Of a DNA stretch of 64,000 nt, positions 57,029 through 64,000 are shown one piece after another. Where the stretch lies: positions 2,400,001 through 2,464,000 of the forward strand of contig OY843592.1 of assembly GCA_963692865.2 (NCBI GenBank), written 5' to 3'. Source of the DNA: a bacterium (GTDB taxonomy: Bacteria > UBA8248). The position numbers and the translations under genes are program-made. The stretch's first letter is position 1. Each line of letters begins with the position of its first letter. Under the pieces are notes generated by a model, which saw only the letters and a list, made by a program, of their open reading frames with translations, did no database searches and was not told where the DNA came from.

Positions 57029-58210
57029 ATGGCGAAAGGCGCACCGGCTGAATCCAAGAATTTCAGGCTGATAGGGCACGACCCGGACGCGGCATGGGGC
57101 GGAGGCAGCCTCGTCGAGGTGAAGAACGGATACGCCTACGTGGGCGCGGTCGGTACGGCGAGCTACGACGGACCGGAAGGCTGGACCGTCCACGACGTAT
57201 CCGACCCATCTAACCCGAGGCGCATCGCCGAGGTGTTCGCGCCTCCCGGTCTGCACAATCACAAGGTGCGCATCGTGGGAGACGACCTGCTCTATGTGAA
57301 TCATGAGCGCCTCAAGACGCCGGAAGGCGAGACGGCGCGGGCGGGCATTTGTATTTTCGACATCTCCAATCCTTCGGAACCCAGGGAAGCCGGCTTTTTC
57401 GACCTGCCCGGCACCGGGCCGCACCGGTTCGGCGTCGACAACGAGCGTGGTCTCGCGTTCTTGCCGAACCATGCCGAGGGGTGGCGAAACCGGGTCATGT
57501 GGACTCTCGATATCACGAATCCTCTGAAGCCCGAAGTGCTCAACGTCGTCGGTCTCCCGCAGCAGGATCTGAGTCTCGATTATGATTACGAGGAGCCGGA
57601 TGATTTCGAGCGCTCATGGACGTGCCACGGGCCGGCAACCATCCGAGGAGACCGCATGTACTGCGGTTTCTGGGGGGCCGGCATGGGCATTTTCGATTGC
57701 AGCGATCTGCGCAACATCGAGTGCGTGGGACACCTCTGCTGGTCGCCGCCCTTCGTCGGCTCCACGCACACCGTGTGGCCGCTCGGCGACAGGCCCTACG
57801 CCGTGGTGACGGACGAGGCGCGCGCGCAGGAAAATTACGAGAGCAGCCAGTTCATGTGGGTGGTGGACATTCGCGACGAGACGAACCCGATACCCATCTC
57901 GACCTACATACCGGACAGGGAAGAGAACATGAACCGGGGCGGGCGCTTCGGCGCGCACAACATTCTCGAATATCTCCCTGCGGATGGTCCCTGGAAGGAC
58001 ATCGTCTTCCTCACGTACTTCAATTCGGGGCTTCGGGCCATCGATCTGTCGGACCCCTTCAAACCAAAGGAAGTGGGGCACTACATCCCCGAAATGAATT
58101 TCGGGAAGGACTACGCCCAGTCGAACGACATCGGCATGGACGAGAACGGCCTGCTCTATCTCATCGACCGAAACGGGGCGGGTATGCACATCCTGGAATA
58201 CACCGGATAG
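57029..58210 (+). CDS. LVIVD-repeat beta-propeller protein
   Basis: Repeats 'TVHDVSDPSNP', 'CIFDISNPSEP', 'TLDITNPLKP', 'WVVDIRDETNP', 'RAIDLSDPFKP'; AGGAG RBS. Confidence 0.85.
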   Translation: MAKGAPAESKNFRLIGHDPDAAWGGGSLVEVKNGYAYVGAVGTASYDGPEGWTVHDVSDPSNPRRIAEVFAPPGLHNHKVRIVGDDLLYVNHERLKTPEGETARAGICIFDISNPSEPREAGFFDLPGTGPHRFGVDNERGLAFLPNHAEGWRNRVMWTLDITNPLKPEVLNVVGLPQQDLSLDYDYEEPDDFERSWTCHGPATIRGDRMYCGFWGAGMGIFDCSDLRNIECVGHLCWSPPFVGSTHTVWPLGDRPYAVVTDEARAQENYESSQFMWVVDIRDETNPIPISTYIPDREENMNRGGRFGAHNILEYLPADGPWKDIVFLTYFNSGLRAIDLSDPFKPKEVGHYIPEMNFGKDYAQSNDIGMDENGLLYLIDRNGAGMHILEYTG

Positions 58211-58271
58211 GCGATGGGGCGTCGAAGTTTCGCTGCCGGCAGGAAGGATTTACCGAGCGGGGAGGGGATTC

Positions 58272-58709
58272 ATGAACCCGGGTGATTTTTTCGTGGTCTG
58301 CGCCGTTTCTTTCCTGGCCACCTACGCTCATCTCGTTTTCGCCCTGATCGCCGACAAGATAGGGATGGTGAAGCTCGACTTCGGCAAGGGCGTGTCCATG
58401 CTTCTCTTCGGCGATGCGTATGAAGGGAATCCGCCCTATGCGCTCGGCTTCATCGCCGTTCACCTGAACGGGGTCATCTTCGGCTTGCTCTACGCCACCT
58501 GGGCGGCGGGATGTCTTCCCGGGCCGAGCATCGCGCGCGGCCTGATCTGGGGCGGGGCGCTCCTGATCTTCTCCCAATGCGTCTTCAACCCGCTCATCAC
58601 GGGGCACGGTTTTTTCAGCCGGAAGTTCCACCCAAGGGCGTGGCAGACCGCCGTGGTCGCCCACGCCATCTACGGCGGCCTGCTGGGCTGGCTCTCGCCA
58701 GTACTCTGA
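58272..58709 (+). CDS. Small integral membrane protein
   Basis: Four hydrophobic segments, 'AVHLNGVIFGLLY', 'AHAIYGGLLG'; GGAGG RBS. Confidence 0.75.
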   Translation: MNPGDFFVVCAVSFLATYAHLVFALIADKIGMVKLDFGKGVSMLLFGDAYEGNPPYALGFIAVHLNGVIFGLLYATWAAGCLPGPSIARGLIWGGALLIFSQCVFNPLITGHGFFSRKFHPRAWQTAVVAHAIYGGLLGWLSPVL

Positions 58710-58723
58710 GAGCAGGCCGCGCG

Positions 58724-59563
58724 CTATCTTCTCGCTCTCTTCGTCCTGGGCGCTTTGCGTTGTGACGCCCAGCACTTCGCCACGTCGAGAGGCGCTGCGA
58801 CCCAGGCGTCGCCCTTCGCGAGGATGTGCTGGATCAGCCTCTCGAGCATCCGCATCCGGTGGTGCTGGCCGATGATCTGGGGATGGCACATGATGTTGAT
58901 GTACCCGCCTTCTTCATACGTGCCCTCGAATTCCTCGACCCATATCGAATAAACCGATTCGGGGTCGCGGATGCCGTGACCGAGCGGGGGGTTCGTGCTG
59001 TGGGCGAAGAAGATGAAATCGTCGAGACTCCACTTGGTGGGCAACTCAACGAGGCCGCAATCGTGATAGTAGGGCCAGTCGTCGTCCATCATGTTCGAGT
59101 GGTACAAGAGCCCGTGTTTCTTGAGGAGCCCCATGGTGTGGACGCTCGGGTCCGCCGAGGGGGTGCGCGAGCCCAGGATTTCCTGCCCCGTATCGCGCTT
59201 GAGTATCTCCAAGGCGCGAACGAGCAATTCTTCTTCACGCTCGGCGTCGCACATCTGATAGGGCTTTTCGTGAATGTGGCCGTGGTGGCCGATTTCATGG
59301 CCCGCCTTGACGATGGATTCCGCCATCTTCGGCCATTTCTCCACCGTCCAGCTCGGGATGTAGAAAGCGCCGGGCAGATCGTATTTACCGAGGAGCTTGA
59401 GTATCCGGGGAATCCCCACCTTGGGGCCGTAGGCGCCCATGGAGTTGTGGATGGGGCGTCCCCCCAGCGAAGGATCCCGGCCCATCCAGACCGTCTCGCC
59501 GTCCACGTCGAAAGTCAGACACACGGCGCAGCGCGCCCCGTTTTCCCATTTCACTCTAGGCAT
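58724..59563 (-). CDS. Polysaccharide deacetylase-family (CE4; PuuE/HpPgdA-like) hydrolase
   Basis: 'LTFDVD', 'YGPKVGIPRIL', 'GHEIGHHGHIH', 'MCHPQIIG'. Confidence 0.88.
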   Translation of the reverse strand: MPRVKWENGARCAVCLTFDVDGETVWMGRDPSLGGRPIHNSMGAYGPKVGIPRILKLLGKYDLPGAFYIPSWTVEKWPKMAESIVKAGHEIGHHGHIHEKPYQMCDAEREEELLVRALEILKRDTGQEILGSRTPSADPSVHTMGLLKKHGLLYHSNMMDDDWPYYHDCGLVELPTKWSLDDFIFFAHSTNPPLGHGIRDPESVYSIWVEEFEGTYEEGGYINIMCHPQIIGQHHRMRMLERLIQHILAKGDAWVAAPLDVAKCWASQRKAPRTKRARR

Positions 59564-59602
59564 TCGTTTCCCCTCATCCTTGCTTGGTTGGAAGTTTAAT
59601 GC

Positions 59603-60826
59603 TTAAGAATCCGCCATTTTCAGTAACGCGCGCGCCAGGACGTCGCAGCCCCTGCAGGCGTCTTCCCAGTCCATGTCCTCTTCTTCGGAATGGCTCTTCC
59701 CGGCGACGCAGGGCACGAAGATCATGGCCGTAGGACCCAGGTCTGCCGCGTAGCGGGCGTCGTGCCCGGCGGCGCTCCACATGCGCCGGTGGCTGCAGCC
59801 CGACTCTTCACACGCGGCTTCAATCGCCTCCGTCACGCCTGCATCGAAGCGCGTGGGGGTGGAGCCGCCGACTTCTTGAATCTCGATTTCGAGGTTTTCC
59901 TTCTCCGCCTCGCGGCGCGCAGTCTCCTCGATGAGTTGCCTGGCTTCATCGAGAAGTTCCGGTTCGCTGTGGCGAAAATCGACAGAGAACGTCACCCGCT
60001 CGGGTATGACGTTAATGGCGTTCGGCGAGAGGGAGAGTTCTCCCACCGTGGCGACGAATTCCGGATGCAGCGTTGCGGGAATATCGCGGATGGCGGCAAC
60101 CGTCCGCGCAGCGCCCACCAGTGCGTCTCTGCGCATGCGCATGGGCGTGGGGCCGGCGTGGTCGCGCTCTCCTTTCATGGTGACCCGAAGCCACGTAAGG
60201 CCGAAGATACCCTCCACGACCCCTGCCTGCACGCCTTCGCTCACGAGGGCGGGGCCTTGTTCGATATGGAGTTCGAGGTATGAACCGATAGGCCGCGGCG
60301 CGCAGGGCGCATCGCCCCGGTAGCCGATGCGCTCGAGTTCGTCCACGAACCTCGCGCCTTGCGAGTCTCTCGTCTCGTAGGCGGCATCGAGAGGTATCGC
60401 GCCCGCGAACACGCCGCTTCCGAGCATGGAGGGCGGGAAGCGCGGACCTTCCTCGTTCGTCCAGTTCACAATCTCTATCGGGCGTCGCGTCGATATGTTC
60501 CCGTCGTTCAGCGTACGGACGGCTTCCAGAGCGGCCAGCACGCCCAATGAACCGTCGAAGCGGCCTCCATCGGGCACGGTGTCCAGGTGGCTGCCCGCCA
60601 TGGCGGGAGGGGCGTCATCTTCCCGGCCGGAGCGTCTGGCGAACATGTTTCCCATCTCGTCGATCCGCAAGTCGAGGCCGGCGTCCTCCGCCCAGGCGGC
60701 GAACAAATCCCGCGCCTGTTTGTCGGCGTCGGTGAGCGTGAGGCGATGGACGCCGCCTCCTTTCGTCGCTCCGACCCGGGCCATCTCCTCCATGGAGCGG
60801 CGAAAGCGATCAGGATTGATTATCAA
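59603..60826 (-). CDS. M20 Zn-dependent amidohydrolase (allantoate amidohydrolase / N-carbamoyl-amino acid hydrolase family)
   Basis: 'GSHLDTV', 'GRFDG', 'NEEG', 'ELHIEQG', 'HAGPTPM', 'SAAGHDA', 'SH'; start 60826 (TTG) or 60889. Confidence 0.92.
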   Translation of the reverse strand: MIINPDRFRRSMEEMARVGATKGGGVHRLTLTDADKQARDLFAAWAEDAGLDLRIDEMGNMFARRSGREDDAPPAMAGSHLDTVPDGGRFDGSLGVLAALEAVRTLNDGNISTRRPIEIVNWTNEEGPRFPPSMLGSGVFAGAIPLDAAYETRDSQGARFVDELERIGYRGDAPCAPRPIGSYLELHIEQGPALVSEGVQAGVVEGIFGLTWLRVTMKGERDHAGPTPMRMRRDALVGAARTVAAIRDIPATLHPEFVATVGELSLSPNAINVIPERVTFSVDFRHSEPELLDEARQLIEETARREAEKENLEIEIQEVGGSTPTRFDAGVTEAIEAACEESGCSHRRMWSAAGHDARYAADLGPTAMIFVPCVAGKSHSEEEDMDWEDACRGCDVLARALLKMADS

Positions 60827-60902
60827 TTCGAACCCTCTGGAAATAACCGGACGAAACGGAACCGTCTCCGATAGTGGGCGGGGAGCCATTCTCCGGGGAT
60901 AA

Positions 60903-63900
60903 TCACTCCGCCGCGGCTACTACTTTTTCATAGACCTCTCTTACGCGGCCCGTATGATTCTCGAACCGGGCCAGCAGTTTGGCGTTGGCGCTTCCGTCCA
61001 TATCATCCACGAAATTCAGCCGCCGCGCCAACATGTCCATGGCGTGCTTGGTTTTCAAAAAAATGTTGATCGACTGCGCGTTGCCGATGCGGAGCCGGTT
61101 CTCGACGAGGCGCAAGAAGCGGTATCCGTCGAGCAACGCGCCGGCATCTTCTTGCGAAAGCAGACCCGCCCCGTTCAAAGCCCGCAGGGCAAGGTAGGTG
61201 TTCGGAACCCGGACCTCCGGAAGCGCCCCTCCGTTTCTGATCAGCAGATACTGCGTCAAGAACTCGATGTCGATGATTCCCCCACGCCCGAGCTTGATGT
61301 CGGCGATTCCTTCATCCTCAGCGGAGAGTTCGTTTTCGATGCGCCTTCGCATGTGGCGAACCTGCTCGGCGAGGTCCGCGGGCGCTTCGCGTTCATACAC
61401 GAATTCATGAACGAGTTTCATGAATTCCGCGCCGAACCCGGGAGACCCCGCTACATATCTTGATCTTGTAAGCGCTTGTCTTTCCCATGTTTCAGCGCGG
61501 TTGTCAAAGTAATCCTTGAAAACGTCTATCGGCGCGGTCAATGCGCCCTTCGCTCCTTCGGGCCGCAGGCGCAGATCCATTTCGTAGGTCCGATCCCGCG
61601 AACCCGAGGCGGCGAGGCCGTCGCGCAGACACGTGGCGACCTTGATGAAGAACTCATGATTCGAGATGGTCCTGTATTCGGCGGGTTTTCCGTCGAATTG
61701 GCCGCTCGTGCTCCCGGCGGCGCTGTAGACGAACATGAGGTCCAGATCCGAGCCGTAGTTCATCTCTCCGCTTCCCATCTTGCCGAGGCCTATGATGGCG
61801 AATCGGGCTTCCGCCCCCGTCTCCGCCTCCATCGGAACGCCGTAGAGTTTGCGCATCCTCTCTTGCGCTATCTCGTAGCCGCTCTTTAGCGTGGCCTCTG
61901 CCAAATGGGAGAGGACGGAGAGGGTTTCCAGGATGTCCGCCGCTCCGAGAATGCTCCTGATGCCTATCGCAAGTTCCTCGCTTTTTTTGAGCAGGTGCAG
62001 GCGATTGAATTTTTCTTCCGCCGAGATTTGCGAGTCCGCTATTTTTTTCAGCTCCTCGGCGAGCAGCGCCTTCGAGCGCGGTTCGGAGAGGGTTTCCGTC
62101 TGGAAGAGGGTCTCAAGGAGGCCGGGCTGTTCGATCAGCACCTCGGCGAGGTAATTGCTCGAAGCGAAGAGCTTGAGAATGATTTCGAGGGATTCTTCCT
62201 CCTCGGCCATGAACCCCAGGATGGATTCGCGGCCGCCGCCTTTTTCCACGAATTTGTTCAAGTGCGCAATGGCCCTGTCCGGCTCGGGGAGGTCGAGCGT
62301 CTGGTAGAGCAGACGGGGGAGGAGTTCGTCGAAAATGCGCTTCGCCTTGGCGCTGACGTGTTCGAGCGACGCCCCGTTTCTCAGCAGCTTGAGGTGGGTG
62401 CTTACGCCTTCGGGGTCCACGAAGTTGTAGGAGGACAGATCCTCGGCGGAGAGTGAATCCTCCAGGGTGAGCGCCGGGGTCGGCGGACCGCTCGCAGTTT
62501 CGGCTTCCTCTTCCCCGTTTTGGCTTCGGAACATGTTCTCGAAAATCCTGGATACGTTGTTCTGGTGATACGCCAGGCGGGTCTTCAGTTCATTGCCGTC
62601 CCCGCAATCCATCTTGCGCGCCAGCACGTTGAGGCTCTTCTCGTCCGCCGGAACTTCATGCGTCTGAAGCCCATGCGTGACCTGCACGCGATGCTCCACG
62701 TCTCTCAAGAACACGTACGCGTTCGAGAGCTGGTCGCACTCATGGGCGGGCAGAAGGCCGAGCGCCTCGATGATGGAGAGGCCCTCCAGCGTGCCAGGGT
62801 TCTGGAGCAGCGTTTCGCGGCCGCCGTAGATGAGTTGCAATGCCTGGGTGATGAATTCGATCTCGCGGATGCCGCCTTCGCCGAGCTTCACGTTTCGCGT
62901 CGCGGCGTCTTCACCTTTCAGATTTTCGTTGATGCGGCCCTTGATGCGGCCGATCTCCTCGATCACGCTGATGTCCATCGTCCGCCGGTACACGAAAGGA
63001 CGTATCATGTTCATGAAGTCCTCGCTCAAGGCGGCGGAACCCGCGCAGTGGCGGGATTTGATGAGGGCCTGCCGCTCCCACGTCTCGCCCCATGATTCGT
63101 AATAGACCTCGCAACTCCTGAGCGAATAGGCCAGCGCGCCTTGAGAACCCTCGGGGCGCAGCCGCGTATCGATGCGAAACACATGGCCCTCTTCGGTGTT
63201 TTTCGCCATCAGGGAGATAAGGCGTCTTGAGAGATGGGCGAAAAACTCGTGGTTGGAGATGCTCCTTTTCGTCCGGCCCGTAATCGCGTCCGTCACCCCG
63301 GTTGTCTGCCCCTCGTCCGATGAATATACGAAGATCAGATCGATGTCCGAACTGAAGTTTAGTTCGAGCCCGCCGAGCTTGCCCATCCCGATCACGCTGA
63401 ATTCGGTGTTCCGCCACCTTCCGTCCGCGCCCTTGTGGCGGGGGGTTCCGTATTTGAGTTCGAGCTCGGCCCGGGCGATACGGACCGCCACATCCAGGCA
63501 GGCGTCCGCCAAACGGGAGAGGTTCGTGGTGATCTCCATGAGAGACGCTTGCCGCATCAAATCCAGCACCGCGATTCTCAGGTATTCGCGCTGACGGAAC
63601 CGGCGCATCGCGTTTTCCGGTCCATTGGGCGCGTCCCGATTCTCCCGCACCCATCTCCAGAGTTCGGAGACCATTTTTTCCTTGGTGCGGGCGGTTCTCA
63701 ACGTGGCGGGCCGCAGGAGCCAGTCGAGAAAATGGGGGTGGCGCAGAATCGTTTCGATCAGGAACTGGCTTCCGCCCGCCAGCGCGAAGAATTCCGCCCT
63801 GCGCTCGTCCGAGCGGGTGAGGGCTTTCAGGAGCAGATCCGGCTTCTCGCGTGTGCCCAGAATACGCTCGAAGTTGCTCAGGGCGCGCTCGGGGTCGAAC

Positions 63901-64000
63901 GTGTCGCGCAAAGAGGAGAGCAGTTGCAGCAAAAACTCGGAATTGTTGCGCGGGAAAGCGGGGTGCAGGGCCAGGGACTGGAGATTTCTGGTGACGCCTA
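60903..64000 (-). CDS. glnE: Bifunctional glutamine synthetase adenylyltransferase/adenylyl-removing enzyme; 5' end outside window
   Basis: Two nucleotidyltransferase modules ('MGKLGGLELNFSSDIDL', 'LGKMGSGEMNYGSDLDL'), 'RLRPEG', 'WERQAL', 'KLG.GGI..IEF'; frame stays open to the window edge. Confidence 0.96.
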   Translation of the reverse strand, partial: GVTRNLQSLALHPAFPRNNSEFLLQLLSSLRDTFDPERALSNFERILGTREKPDLLLKALTRSDERRAEFFALAGGSQFLIETILRHPHFLDWLLRPATLRTARTKEKMVSELWRWVRENRDAPNGPENAMRRFRQREYLRIAVLDLMRQASLMEITTNLSRLADACLDVAVRIARAELELKYGTPRHKGADGRWRNTEFSVIGMGKLGGLELNFSSDIDLIFVYSSDEGQTTGVTDAITGRTKRSISNHEFFAHLSRRLISLMAKNTEEGHVFRIDTRLRPEGSQGALAYSLRSCEVYYESWGETWERQALIKSRHCAGSAALSEDFMNMIRPFVYRRTMDISVIEEIGRIKGRINENLKGEDAATRNVKLGEGGIREIEFITQALQLIYGGRETLLQNPGTLEGLSIIEALGLLPAHECDQLSNAYVFLRDVEHRVQVTHGLQTHEVPADEKSLNVLARKMDCGDGNELKTRLAYHQNNVSRIFENMFRSQNGEEEAETASGPPTPALTLEDSLSAEDLSSYNFVDPEGVSTHLKLLRNGASLEHVSAKAKRIFDELLPRLLYQTLDLPEPDRAIAHLNKFVEKGGGRESILGFMAEEEESLEIILKLFASSNYLAEVLIEQPGLLETLFQTETLSEPRSKALLAEELKKIADSQISAEEKFNRLHLLKKSEELAIGIRSILGAADILETLSVLSHLAEATLKSGYEIAQERMRKLYGVPMEAETGAEARFAIIGLGKMGSGEMNYGSDLDLMFVYSAAGSTSGQFDGKPAEYRTISNHEFFIKVATCLRDGLAASGSRDRTYEMDLRLRPEGAKGALTAPIDVFKDYFDNRAETWERQALTRSRYVAGSPGFGAEFMKLVHEFVYEREAPADLAEQVRHMRRRIENELSAEDEGIADIKLGRGGIIDIEFLTQYLLIRNGGALPEVRVPNTYLALRALNGAGLLSQEDAGALLDGYRFLRLVENRLRIGNAQSINIFLKTKHAMDMLARRLNFVDDMDGSANAKLLARFENHTGRVREVYEKVVAAAE

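Overview
GC-rich bacterial chromosomal segment, mostly core and accessory metabolism. It carries pyrD/pyrK, a ccsA-like-hemA-hemC-hemD-hemB operon, fatty-acyl-CoA enzymes (thiolase, crotonase, acyl-CoA dehydrogenase, MeaB), glnA preceded by a GlnR-like regulator, a coxM-coxS-coxD-coxE block with no large subunit, an mtaB operon, a NitT/TauT ABC transporter, tRNA-Gly(GCC), pckA, YgfZ and a 5'-truncated glnE. An outer-membrane porin indicates a diderm. The gene content is compatible with a Nitrospinota/Tectomicrobia/deltaproteobacterial-type organism (inference only). Several features are missed by the ORF track: (1) a DsbA/FrnE-family gene with an in-frame UGA at the first Cys of the CPWC motif, a probable selenoprotein; (2) a ~1.75 kb islet bounded by a 208-bp duplication of the thiolase 3' end, where an intact MNT-HEPN toxin-antitoxin pair sits between eroded remnants of type III restriction-modification mod and res genes; (3) a truncated toxin-like gene followed by a nested cluster of REP/REPIN/MITE-like palindromes; (4) a probable CTG start codon; (5) a helically phased GATAAA motif present twice, 32 kb apart. 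No CRISPR array, rRNA, integrase or transposase was seen. All family assignments come from motif recognition, not database searches.
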